From Octopus vulgaris (Eukaryota), in NCBI GenBank assembly GCA_951406725.2, contig OX597830.1, forward strand, positions 42,160,001-42,224,000: a stretch of DNA of 64,000 bases, written 5' to 3'. Shown piece after piece: positions 51,730 to 64,000 of this stretch. The notes beneath the pieces were generated by a model. That model did not search any database. It had not been told where the DNA came from and saw nothing but the letters and a program-made list of their open reading frames with translations. Position 1 is the stretch's first letter. Each line of letters starts with the position of its first letter. A program made the translations under genes and the position numbers.

Positions 51730-51765
51730 CTTTCTGTAGAAGAGCGTAGGCTTGAAACGTAAAAG
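51730..51765 (+). ncRNA. Family A minimal hammerhead-like motif with non-canonical position 6
   Basis: cttt-CTGTAGA-a-gagc gtag gctt-GAAAC GTA-aaag. Confidence 0.6.
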
Positions 51766-51853
51766 ACTTTTTCTATTCCTGAGCGTTATACTAATACATC
51801 TGTTTGTTTTGTACATCACCTGTCTTCGTCTTCTGTTTTTTTTGTAAACTCTA

Positions 51854-51900
<47 letters not shown>

Positions 51901-51987
51901 AAAAAATGAAGTTCGAAAATGCTGCTGTATTATACAATTTTTAATTTTTATATATACATTATAACATGTTTCAGTTATATTACGACC

Positions 51988-52029
<42 letters not shown>

Positions 52030-52034
<5 letters not shown>

Positions 52035-52400
52035 TATATATAAACGAAGGACAGAAAAAACACAAGTGGAAATCCAACAAAAAACAACATACGGAATAAT
52101 AAACGATAACATAACAAATGGGAGACAATAAAAACAAGATACACGGACCATTTGCAGCTGATTTTCTTGTCAGTCAGCGTCCGGAAAGTCATTGCAGTTT
52201 CATGCTTTTTTTACTCTTGAGACTACTCAAATCTGGCAAGTGTCAGAGCATTAAGCTTCTGGGAAAAGCAAATGAATGTATACAAGAATGGAAACAAGAA
52301 CAAGAAAGTTAGAATTAAACACATATAGCAGACAAACTCCTTTCAGCTATACAGCAAAACGAAAATAATTGTACATTTACAAATAAAGGGTCTTTCAACA
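52030..52400 (-). mobile_element. Probable PLE terminal-repeat remnant with decayed HHR
   Basis: Minus strand TTGAGTA...GAAACtgcaAT at about 52188-52234, with a palindromic tgca loop. Confidence 0.35.
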
Positions 52401-53126
52401 ATTAGATGAATGTAACATGATGAAATAATAATACAAGTGCAGTATGTATGTACATTTCATAATCATTTAACGTCCATGTTCCATACTGGCATGGGTTAGA
52501 CAGAATCCGATGGGTCCAAGGACCTCCTTGTGCTCCAATGTTTCCTTTGGCATGATTTCTACAGCCTGATGTCCTAACTAACACCAAAAGCCTTACAGCA
52601 TGGACTGGCTGCTTTGGTTTTCATGTCACCTGCACTACTGAGGTTGTCATGCAGTCTGCAGGTATATGTGCATGTGCATGTGTGTGTGTGTGTGTGTGTG
52701 TGCGTGTGAGTTTGTGTTTGTTCTTCCACCATAAGTACCAGGCTTTAAAAAAAATAAGTACCGAGGTCAATTTGTTCTGCTAAATTCTTCAAGGTGGTGC
52801 CCCAGCATGGCCACCATCCAATCACTGAAACAACTAAGAGATAAAAGATAATTAAATAAAAATATTAATAGATAATTAAAAACAAACTATTCAAAATTTC
52901 AGAACATTAAATTTCTATAGTCAATAATTCTTTAATCTAGATGAAAGATTTTGTTGAATGGATTTTTGATCCAAACAAAAGCATCAATATTTTAATATGA
53001 CACTGTAGGTGTGTTCTCAGAATGCTTTAATGGTTAAATGGTGGAGATAATGACCTCAGCACCAGCGGTTCAAGAAATGGCCTTTAAACAAGTTTATATT
53101 CAATGTTTGAATAACTGTTCAACAAT

Positions 53127-53316
53127 AGGTGCAGGAGTAGCTGTGTGGTAAGTAGCTTGCTTACCAACCACATGGTTTGGGGTTCAGTCCCACTGCGTGG
53201 CACCTTGGGCAAGTATCTTTCACTATAGCCTCGGGCCGACCAAAGCCTTGTGAGTGGATTTGGTTGACGAAAACTGAAAGGAGCCCAACGTATATACATA
53301 TATGTGTGTGTGTGTA

Positions 53317-53358
<42 letters not shown>

Positions 53359-53545
53359 TTCCTCAACCATTGCTTGACAACTGATGTTGGTGTGTTCACA
53401 TTCCCGTAATTTAGCAGTTCAGCAAAAGAGACCAATAGAATAAGTACTAAGCTTATAAAGAATAGGTCCTGGGGTTGATTTGTTTGACTAAAGGCGGTGC
53501 TCCAGCATGGTCGTAATCAAATGACTGAAACAAATAAAAGAAAAA
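53127..53545 (+). mobile_element. SINE family 2, full length with (TG)n and 3' extension
   Basis: ggtgcaggagtagctgtgtggtaag...ggttcagtcccactgcgtggcaccttgggcaag...(tg)n...ggcggtgctccagcatgg...atgactgaaac. Confidence 0.85.
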
Positions 53546-53689
53546 CTACTAAAATTAGGTCAAAGTGAATCTGTAATAAAAGAAAAAATTTGTAAAATAT
53601 TTGTCTGTCTGTCTCTCACACACAAACTCTTTCTTTCTCCATTTTAATCGCTCTCATTCTCTGACATATGAGCACATACATACATGTAC

Positions 53690-54030
53690 CCACACCTTAG
53701 ATCCATCATGTCATCTAATGTGGCTTCTTAAACCAGACAATATATTGAGAAGACACCCATGTAGATTGCACATACGATTTGGACCACCAAGAGCTGCAGT
53801 TAAGTTCTGATCTTTGTGGATCTTAAAATGTCTCTTGAGGCCTCTGTTAGATTTGCAGACCTTATGGCATTGAAAGATGTGCACAGATTTATGGTGGAGG
53901 TTCATTTTTCATGGGTTCACAAATAAGATTTGAGCCCAGAAAAAGAAAGGCATGGTCTGTCACAAACTGTGCACACAAAAAGGTCATTGTGATTCACCTT
54001 CTCGATTGTAATGTTCTTCTTTAAATTTCT
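53690..54030 (-). mobile_element. LINE C-terminal C2H2 zinc-finger fragment (RTE-like)
   Basis: FQCHKVCKSNRGLKRHFKIH...SGLRSHIR*, typical of the RTE ORF end. Confidence 0.55.
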
Positions 54031-54039
54031 TTTGAGATG

Positions 54040-54073
<34 letters not shown>

Positions 54074-54209
54074 CACATACATATATTTGTATATATGTAT
54101 ATATATACAAATATATATATATATCCTTATGTTATTGTACTACTAAATAAAGACAACCGCTAAATCCACAATTTTTAAAAATTCTCTCTCTGTTTATTTT
54201 CTCTTATTC

Positions 54210-54245
54210 CTTTCTGCTGAAGAGCATAGGCTTGAAATGTAAAAG
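54210..54245 (+). ncRNA. Family A hammerhead-like motif
   Basis: cttt-CTGCTGA-a-gagc atag gctt-GAAAT GTA-aaag. Confidence 0.5.
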
Positions 54246-55172
54246 AGTTTCTCACTTTCCCGACCATCAAACTAATACACCTGCTTGTTGTTCATACACC
54301 TGTCTTCATCTTTTGTTTTTCTGTAAATTTCAACTATATATAATATATATATATATATCATCATCATTTAGCGTCCGTTTTCCATGCTAGCATGGGTTGG
54401 ATGGTTTAACTGGGGTCTGTGAAGCCGGAAGGCTTCATCAGGCCCAGTCAGATTTGGCAGTGTTTCTACGGCTGGATGCCCTTCCTAATGCCAACCACTC
54501 CGTGAGTGTAGTGGGTGCTTTTTATATATTGTCCTTGTTTAGTGGTAAAATGACATAAAAAACTTGAAACACAATCATGTCAGAAGTGTGTAGACTTTTT
54601 AAGGCAACGAGCTGGCAGAAATGTTAGCACGCCGGGTGGAATGCTTAGCGGTATTTTGTCTGTCTTCACATCCTGAGTTCAAATTCCGCTGAGGTTGACT
54701 TTGCTTTTCATTCTCTCAGGGTCGATAAATTAAGTACCTGTTGCATACTGGGGTTGATCTAATCAACTGGATTCCTCCCCCAAAATTTCAGGCCTTGTGC
54801 CTAGAGTAGAAAAGAAGTGTGTAGACTTTCAAATTTTTACCTGACACACAAACACTGATAGAATAAGTACAAGACTTACAATAAAAATGGAATAAAATGA
54901 GCACTGGGATCAATTCATTCAACTAAAATTTCTTCAATGTGGTGCCCCAGCATGACCGCAACCTAATGACTGAAATAAGCAAAATAAAATAAAGGTAACA
55001 AGGTTGGTCATTCACTGATACAGATCTCTAATCAAATGACATCATTTCTTAATGGCCAAGTGCCATGGTCTGACAAGATGTGAAAGGCCCAAGGATTGCA
55101 CCATGCTGCAATTTAAATGCTTTGGTACAGTTTCTATGGCTAGATACCTTTCTTAATGCTAACCTCTTTATA

Positions 55173-55630
55173 TGAAGGAGTGCTGAAAAATCCTTGGCTC
55201 TAAGGGTATCATGAAAGACCTGGTTCGAAGCCTAACCTTATAAGTTCTTTTATAGCACTTAGAAAAACTGAAGGACCATTGCAATAAGTATGTGAATCTG
55301 AGAGGGGAATATGTTGAATAAAATCATAACTATTTGCCAGTATTTTCTCTTACCCAAAGCCAGGAAATTTTCAGCACCTCCTCATATATTTATGTGTATG
55401 TATGTATACAAGGGATTGCTGAAAAGTTTCTAGCTTTAAGGATATCATGAAAGACTTGGTTGGAGGCCCAACCTTCTGAGTTCTTTTACAGGGCTTAGGA
55501 AAACTGAAGGACTGCTGCAAAAAGTGTGTGAATCTGAGAGGGGAATATGTTGAGAAAATTATTATTAATTAACTGATCCATCAGTATTTGCTTTCACCCA
55601 AAGCCAGGAAATTTTCAGCTACTCCTTGTA
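55173..55630 (+). mobile_element. Two tandem mariner-derived MITEs
   Basis: 55173-55384 and 55410-55628 each run from gctgaaaa to ttttcagc with the CVNLRGEYVE remnant. Confidence 0.8.
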
Positions 55631-57211
55631 GAGTGTACTGGTTGTGTTTTTCATGGCACCAGCATTAGTGAGGTCACCAGAACTATGATCCCTTTCAACT
55701 GAAGGGAGCTACAATAAAGAGAAGTGGGGAGATAGTATTGCACTAGGAGATGTGGGGTTAAAGTATGAGAGAGAGGACCACAATAGTACAGGTAACCAAT
55801 TCTTGTTATTGAGCCAGTGCATAGCATGATTTTCTGTTTGTCGCTTATGAGATTAGTTATTTCTAGAAAATATCAGATTGCTACTATCTGTTGATTGCAA
55901 CTCATATTTATGTTATATTGAGTGTGTATGTGTGAATATACACGAGTATATATATATATATATGCATACATATACACACACATCTATTTTCACACACACA
56001 CACACATAACAGTGAGTGTGATGGAGAGGTGGGGTTTATAGTATGACCAATTCCCATAGCTCTGATCCCATTTCTTCTTTGTTAATTCTAACGAGAAATA
56101 AAAGAATTGATGAAAGGATGAAACTGAGGAAGAAAGAAATATATTTGAAAGCTAAACTAATCATCTTTTATATTGCTTATATTATTATTGTTGCAACAAC
56201 AATCTAATTGTTGTTGTCATTGATGACGATGTTGCTGTAGTTATTATTATTATTATGATTATTATTATTATTATTATCAGCATGATTATTGTGGCTTCTA
56301 TTAGTGTTAACAGGAATTTTTCTTTTTTATTTGAAAATTCTTGAAGAGTTAACATCACTTTGAAGACAGGAGCTTCTGCTGCATGATTCCTTTGAAGATT
56401 CTGCCGCTATTAACTCTGTGAAGGCACCATTTATGCAGTCCCATGGTTTGCTAAACATAATAACCAAATCTTTCTTAAATTAACACCCAATCATGTTTAA
56501 AAAAAGGGACATATTTTAAAATGTGGGCCTAAATATAATATGTCTTGATAAAAAAATGAATAATGGCTTGGGACTCCTTCGATCATTGATCTGCTTGATC
56601 TTGACTAACCTGGGGTTAAATGGCAATGACAACAAAACCATGAACTAACAATGGACCAGTTATGGGGGATTGCTTGACCTATTAGAAGTAGCAGCCAAAC
56701 TTCTCTCAAATCATACCCTACTTTCTTAAAAAAGAGGAAAGACAAGTGATGTAGTTATCCTTAACCCTTTGAATGCATAATTAAATTTCATGATCTTTCC
56801 CTTAATGATTTTAATTAGCCACCAAAACATAGAACTGGTATTTTCTGCTTCTGCAATACGCATTTAGTATTGATGTAAATGAATTTTGGGAACTAGAGGC
56901 AGTTTAAGGTCTATGTAGCCAAAGCTAAAAAGAGTTAGGATTAGATGTTTTAACTTCACCCTCACTACCTGTGAGATGAAGAGCAAGGGAACACCAAGTG
57001 CCAATATATTTCTGAATTTCCATCATTGTTAACCAGTACTTTATTTTATTGACCCTGAAAGGATGAAAGGTGAACAAGATTTACCCCACATATATTAATA
57101 ATTAAAAAAATAACAACTGCATTCAGGATGAACAAATGCAGTCAGAATAGGGGAGGCAGAACCAGTAAAGTTTCTCAAACAAGAATGAGGCATCACAAAT
57201 AAGCTTATTAA

Positions 57212-57697
57212 TCCTTTTGGTACCAACCCGGCTGAAACCACCTCTGGCTCTATAGTACATATGTCTTGTTTTCATAAGTTCTGAATTAAAATCTTCAACC
57301 AAACCTTAGTCACAATTTATGTTCCTAACACAAGCTTAATGATAACTAAGTTATTTTACTAAATTCTTTGTTATATTTAGAATTAATTGAAAGAAACACA
57401 GAGCATCTCAACAGAAATCATCATCATCATCATCATCATCATTTAACGTCCGCTTTCCATGCTAGCATGGGTTGGACAGTTCAACTGGGGTCTGGGAAGC
57501 CCGAAGGCTGCACCAGGCCAGTCAGATCTGGCAGTGTTACTACAGCTGGATGCCCTTCCCAACGCCAACCACTCCGAGAGTGTAGTGGGTGCTTTTTACG
57601 TGCCACCGACACAGGTGCCAGATGAGACTGGCGAACAGCCACTCTCAGATGGTGCTTTTACGTGCCACCGGCATGGAGAAATGTGGTAACGAAAGGG
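57212..57697. mobile_element. piggyBac-type MITE (same family as 486-695) with a nested RTE-tail insertion
   Basis: TTAA flanks at 57208-57211 and 57698-57701; the insertion at about 57419-57676 is flanked by duplicated agaaat. Confidence 0.8.
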
Positions 57698-60049
57698 TTA
57701 AGAGAACTCTTTTATCTTATATCTTTCAGTTGTTTCACTTGTTTGATTGCAACCAAGCTGGAGCATTGACGAGAAGGGTTTAGTTAAACAAATCAATCCC
57801 AGCACTTATCTTTTAAGTTTGGTACTTATTGTAGTGGTCTCTTTTGTCAAGCTGTTAAGTAATGAGAGTGTGAACAAAGCAACACCATTTGTTAAGTGGT
57901 GATGGAGACAAATACAAAAACACACATACATAGATATGTACGAATGTAGTTATTAAGCTTTCACTTTTATATTATGCTATGGAAGTTGGTAGGGAATATA
58001 ATTTTTGTATGACTTAAAGGATTGGTCGCTGTTTAGTTATGTATTTAGGAGTTGGTAGTTAATTTACTTATTGAATTTATTTACAGTTGTACATAGGGTA
58101 AATGTGTTTGAAAGTTGTGGTTTCTTTGGTATGTTTGTTCCCAAGCAACACTTATTTTAGTGCTGTTGACACCACCGGAGTGAATGGTATTGCCCAGGTG
58201 TCGAAAGCATAATGATATCTGTGGGGCAGCTGATGATGGAGGTATGTTGGAATGGCTGTTTTTGTATGTGGAACAGTATTATAACACATCCTTTTGATAT
58301 ATATGAGGGGCTTCTACACAGATTCTGCCTAGCAAATTTACTCACAAGGCATTGGTTATGTTGGGACTGTAGTAGAAGACACTTGCCAGGGTGCCGTGCA
58401 GTGGACTGAACCCGAAACCACATGGTTGCAAAGTGAGCTTCTTAACCACACAGTCATGTTTATAGTTTCTATAAAATAGATGGCAAATGTCACTTTAGCA
58501 AGCTATTTCCTGAAGCAATACATCAGAATGTCTACAGTTATTCTCACAAATATACTAGGAAATAAAATGTGGAGAAACAGCACTCTCTCTCTCTCTCTCT
58601 CTCTCTTCATCTGTCTACATCTGACTGTCTGTCTGTCTCTTTTTCTCTCTCTCTCTACACACATATATATAAAATATATTTATATACATACATTTATATC
58701 TATACATACACACACATATATATATATATACACACATACATATATATATATCTATACACACACATATGCATACATATTGGTTTTGTCAGTTTAAGCTTCT
58801 TAAAAAAATTTTTTTCAGCTGTCTGTCTTAGAGAATTACTGTGCAAAAGTTGTATGGAAATGTAGCATGCACACCGTCCACCATGGAGTATACAATAATC
58901 CAACATGACAAAAATCACAATGATGTTTTACTAATTGACATAACAATACAAATGATTGTAATGTCATACAGAAGCAAGTTGGAAAGCTAAGGAATTTTAC
59001 AGACTTCACTGTTGAAAAAAAGATGAAATGGCAATGGAAAAATATTCCACCATGCCATTTGTAATTGGTTACAATTAGAAAGTTATGCAATTATTTCCGT
59101 AAAGATATTGACAAAATGTATGTAAGTTCCGGAAAATAGCAATTCTGGATTCTATAAATGCTGCTGTTATAGCATTCTGACAACACATTAGTTAACCTTG
59201 AATATTTTAAAAATATGTTTTCCAAGATGTACATGATTCTATGTGATGTAAAGAAGATAAATTCTTCATGTAATAATAAAAAAAATAGTAATGATAATAA
59301 TCCTTTCTACTAAAGGTACAAGACCTGAAATTTTGTGAGAGGGGACCCTAGTGTTTCACTGGTGCTTAGTTTATCAATCCCCGAAAGGATGAAAGGCAAA
59401 GTCAACCTCAGTGGAATTTGAATTCAGAACATGAAGACAGATGAAATGTGGCTAAGCATTTTGTCAATGATTCTATCAGGTTGCTGCCTTAATACTACTT
59501 CTACTACTAATAATAATGGTTTTAAATTGTGGCAAAAAAACTAGTAATTTTATTTTGTTCTAGGAGAGTGTGACAGTCAATTTCATTATTCCCAGTACTT
59601 GATGGGTACTTTATGTTATCGACCCTATAAGGATGAAAGACAAAGTTGACTTCAGTGGGGTTTGAACTAAGATCATGAAGAGCCAATGAATGCCATTAAG
59701 CATTTTGTTCAACATGCTGACGATTTTGCCAGTTTGCTATCTTAATGATAATACTGATGATGATGATAAATAACAACAACAACAATCCTTTCTACTGGAA
59801 AGGCCTCAAATTTTTGGGGAAGGGATTAAGTTGATTTTATTGACCCCAGTGTGTAACTAGTACTTATTTAATCAACCCTGAAAGGATGAAAGGCAAAGTT
59901 GACCTTGGGGGAATTTGAACTCAGATTGGAGTGACAGGCATAATACCACTAAGCATTTCGATCAGCGTGCTAACAATTCTGCCAGCAATGCTTTCTTTAT
60001 TAACCAAAAAGGGTTGACAAACTATCAATGGTGGAACAGGATGACACAA

Positions 60050-60960
60050 TGAGGGAATTCATAAAAAAAAAAAGAGTAAACAAAGGAAATAACAAAAAAA
60101 ATTTTCCCCCAAATTGGGAAGACCTCTGAGGGTTGCTCAGTACAGTCCCCACAAAAACCACAGTCACCCTGTTCACTAAGGCAAGTGACCTCTCCCAATT
60201 ATCCTCCAATCCACAAGTACAAAGCAGACCCATTCACTCAGACCATACTTGCCACTCTCATTCTCCTTTCAACAAATTTTTTGGGCAGCAGCGTTTCTCT
60301 CTCCACCTTCATTTTCTTTCTCAAGTGTAACTTGATAAAGTTGATGAGGGCTTGACCAAAAAAGGAAGTTATATGCTCTTAATTATTTCAGCCTTATTCA
60401 TCACACAACCCCTTTCACCAAACCACCAGACACAGGCCAACTGCTTAACCAGACCGATTAAAGGGCAGTAATGGAATAATCTTCACAACAGACTCAGCCA
60501 ATAGCTGTACTTAACAGCTGTTTAAAATAATTTTGCAGCCAACAATGCTTGGATACTGCAAGAGAGCATGCAGTATGGTTTTGTCATTCTACACACATCT
60601 TGGACAGTCTCACCTAGGAACACTTTCTACCTGTAGACTTTATCTTGAACCAATAGTGCCCCTTGGTAGTAGTATCAGGTTCATGGTTTCTGGAAGTTAT
60701 CCATGGTAGTCTCTGGCCCCAAAGTTTCCTCATTAAGACTTGCCCAAAGTTTCATCCAGGGCATTATTACTTTCTCCTACCACTAGTCTGATATACATAT
60801 ATTGCTAAAGTGGAACTTCCACAGATCACATTGCCTGGTTAGTTGAAGGGGTGAGTGGGAATGACTGCCTGATGACATTCCAGATTTCAGACGTCCAATC
60901 CTGGTCTTTTTATGATTCAGGGTTGTAGCTCCATCAAAGAGACAAACTGCAGAAAAGCAT
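60050..60960 (-). mobile_element. Degraded L1/Tx1-like LINE fragment
   Basis: Minus-strand DCPRC-like zinc-knuckle remnant near 60600; shares sequence with 1880-2132. Confidence 0.4.
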
Positions 60961-60975
60961 GCCTTAAAAATAAAA

Positions 60976-61029
<54 letters not shown>

Positions 61030-61032
<3 letters not shown>

Positions 61033-61681
61033 GTATAACATCTATAAAACTTCTGACACCCAGAAATGCAGACTCGGTGGAAAGAGTGTGGAAAATGTGA
61101 TCCACTTGGTAAGTGGATGTGAGAGCCTTGCACAAAAAGAATACAAACGCTGCCATGATAAAATGTGTAAGTATCTTCATTTGTTCTTAATCCGTAAATA
61201 CCAATATTAAGTAACAGAGAACTGGTATGAGTATGTACCAAGTAATGTTATGCAGGAGGATGGAAAAGTAACGATACTCTGGAACTATGATTTTCAGATG
61301 GATCGTGTAATTGAACACTGACGGCCGGATATTGTCATATTGAATAAGAGAGACAAACACTGTCAGATCATTGATGTAGCCATACCAAATGACATGAATG
61401 TTCTGAGTAAAGAGGTTGAAAAAATCACCAAGTATTCCGAATTGAAAGTGGAAATGGCATGACTGTATGGAATACGAGAGGGTAATGTAAAAGTGATACT
61501 ACTGGTGATTGGAGTAGTGGGCTCAATCCCATTGAAACTTCAAGACTTCTTAAGGCAACTGGAAATCCCATGCAAGATTGATGTCTTGCAAAAAGCAACC
61601 TTATTGGGCACAGTGCACATCTTAAGGAAAGTATTATCTGTCTGAGGTCCTTGTTGCGACACCTTCAATGTGTTACAAAGG
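61030..61681 (+). mobile_element. R4/Dong-clade RLE LINE, 5'-truncated, inside an (AAT)n tract
   Basis: KCRLGGKSVENVIHLVSGCESLAQKEYKRCHD zinc knuckle, then ILWNYDFQMDRVIEH*RPDIVILNK...IIDVAIP...EKITKY...LQKATLLGTVHILRKVL*; (AAT)n on both sides. Confidence 0.9.
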
Positions 61682-61724
61682 AATAATAATAATGATAATA
61701 ATAATAATGATAATAATAATAATG

Positions 61725-61774
<50 letters not shown>

Positions 61775-62695
61775 CCTTTCTACTATAAGCTCAAGGCCTG
61801 AAATTTGATGGGGGGGGATAGTTAATTACATTGACCCCAGTACTCAACTGGTACTTAATTTATCGACCCCAAAAGGATGAAAGGCAAAGCTGACCTTGGT
61901 GGAATTTGAACTCAGAACATAGCAACAGGTGAAATACTGTTAAGCATTTCATCCAGTGTGCTAACGACTCTGCCAGCTCACCACCTTTAATAATAATAAT
62001 AATAATAATAATGATTTCTTTTATTTTCCACCAGAGTGAGGGTGAGTGGGACAATACAAAGACAGACATAAAGTGTTGGGGTTTACATATAATGGAATGA
62101 TAGAAAAAAGAAGGAAAAGTATACATGGTATACATTAAAAGAGGAGAAGTATATATGGTATACAGCACAAAGAAGAAGAATGGGAAAAAAAGGTGTTAGT
62201 GATGCAATACCAGGCATGGCTCTCATGGTATCTGATCTTAACTGATTGGAATAAAAGATGGGTTAACAACAAATATTCTGCTCAATACCACGTCCCTTAG
62301 GGGTTTATGATATGTGCATCTCTGATCATGAGCAGAAGTAGTGGGGGAGCATCATAGCCATGTGTTGAGAAGAATTCTTTGGGGTTTGAATAATTCACCC
62401 CTGGAAACATGGGTGTTTTGTTCATAATCTTTGAACAAACCTTCAGGGACCTTTTGAGTGGGATGGGCTATTCGACCTGACGAAAAATTTTAACTGGGCC
62501 CCACCTGCAAGGTCATGCACTGTTTATCTTGATATTAGATCATCAATTCACACATATATGGTTATGATGCATGTGCTTGGTGTACCCTTATTGGATGGGT
62601 AGTAATGACAGATGTATCGTGCTAGGTATATTTGTACCCCAGTATCACTTTGATGGCTTGCGCTGCTCTCTCACTCAATAATAATAATAATAATA

Positions 62696-63290
62696 ACAAG
62701 TGCACTCAGAGAGCGTAAATCTCCGCCAATGCCACACCAACATCCTCTCAACGATAAACCAGAGAAGATTTTTAAAAGGGGAATATCTGAAATAAACTTG
62801 ATTGCTTTCACAAATGAGAATACTAAAAATGAACCCAACTGCTCTCAAAAAATTAAGTAAAAAAACTGGAAAAATAACCCAGAATCCTTGTCCGGAACAT
62901 GATCAATCCCAATGGTAGTCATGGAATGTGAAGATGGCTGTAGAAAATTTAGTAACAGTAATAAATAGCTTATCCTTATCTAATACAAGCCACAGTTAAG
63001 AAATTCACTATTGAAAAATAGTTACAGCCTAAAGGGAGATAATTGAGAAAGACTTGAAAGTTAACATAAGATTGAAAGCATGTAAAGTAAATACAACAAA
63101 TAATCCAGAATCCTTGTCCGATACCAGATCAATCCCAAAATCTAATCAGTTTGTATCAGTCATGAGGCCAAACATCCCTGAAAGTTTCATCCGAATCCAT
63201 CCAGCAGTCCTTGAAATATCTTGTCCACAGACAGACAAACAAACGCGACTGAAAACAATACCTCTGCCTTCAATCAGACAGAGGTAATAA
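62696..63290 (+). mobile_element. Helentron-associated non-autonomous element (HINE/DINE-1-like)
   Basis: Internal repeats ccagaatccttgtccg..gatcaatcccaa, an (ACAG/ACAA) microsatellite, and the terminal hairpin tacctctg...cagaggta. Confidence 0.6.
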
Positions 63291-63791
63291 TGCACTGTAG
63301 TGCATAAAACCTGTTGAATTAGATCAGCAACAATTATCCAGTCCATGATATAAAAGCCAGATGTGTGATAATATCAACAGAGAAAGACTTTTAAAAGAGA
63401 AAAGTAAAAGAACAATGTTTCCAATCCAAGACTATAATGTGCAGTCCAACAGAAGAAATAATGAAACTAATTACAACATCAATACCATGAAACAACAGAC
63501 CACCATCACCACTACTACAAAGTACATTATGTGTGCATGGCTGCACTAATATACATGCTGATCATTATACAATACAAACTGTATATTCATTATAAATGCA
63601 AATAAGAAAACCTAGCTCATCAGATCACTAATTTGTGAATATACAATTGATGATCAGCATACTTACTAATACAAACAAATACATGTAATTTCTTGCATAC
63701 TGATATTAATACTATATAACAAAAGTGAAATGGCTACAGTCCTATGGAAAACACTTGGTTAAATAAATAGGTATATATTTAACTCCCAAAC

Positions 63792-63940
63792 CTTCTGACA
63801 TTATGTTCGTATATATTCCTTGCTGAATAATTTTATTACTCGGATTTTCAGGATTTTCAGTTACACAAATGCCTGATCTTACAATATTTTGTAATTGATC
63901 ACCATGTGGACTGATAACCGAGTCCATAATGAAGAGCATA
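63792..63940 (-). other. Candidate exon (MDSVISPHGDQLQNIVRSG...)
   Basis: tgttgctttcacAG acceptor, open frame with ATG, and AAG|gtttgg donor; no recognisable domain. Confidence 0.2.
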
Positions 63941-64000
63941 CTGTGAAAGCAACATAATTCTCTGAATCTATACACTAATCACTTATACAAACATACATAT

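Overview
AT-rich, repeat-dense eukaryotic DNA. The SINE, RTE-LINE and microsatellite repertoire looks like a coleoid cephalopod, most likely Octopus (inferred by recognition, not by search). I find no intact protein-coding gene; almost all supplied ORFs are microsatellite or repeat artefacts. The window holds many tRNA-derived SINEs, degraded RTE/BovB, R4/Dong-type and Tx1-like LINE pieces, Tc1/mariner and piggyBac non-autonomous elements, a Helentron-like element and Penelope-like element (PLE) remnants. A repeat-poor, CpG-richer island at about 9-17.3 kb has promoter motifs and candidate minus-strand non-coding exons. The main hidden signal is about 15 minimal type I hammerhead ribozyme (HHR) motifs from several PLE-type families. 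Two have intact cores (25198-25260, 35471-35536), one family carries a non-canonical CUGYNGA core, and one 550-bp palindromic insertion joins a tRNA-derived Pol III head to a hammerhead and is bounded by a 13-bp target-site duplication. All structures were paired by eye; no folding or database search was run.
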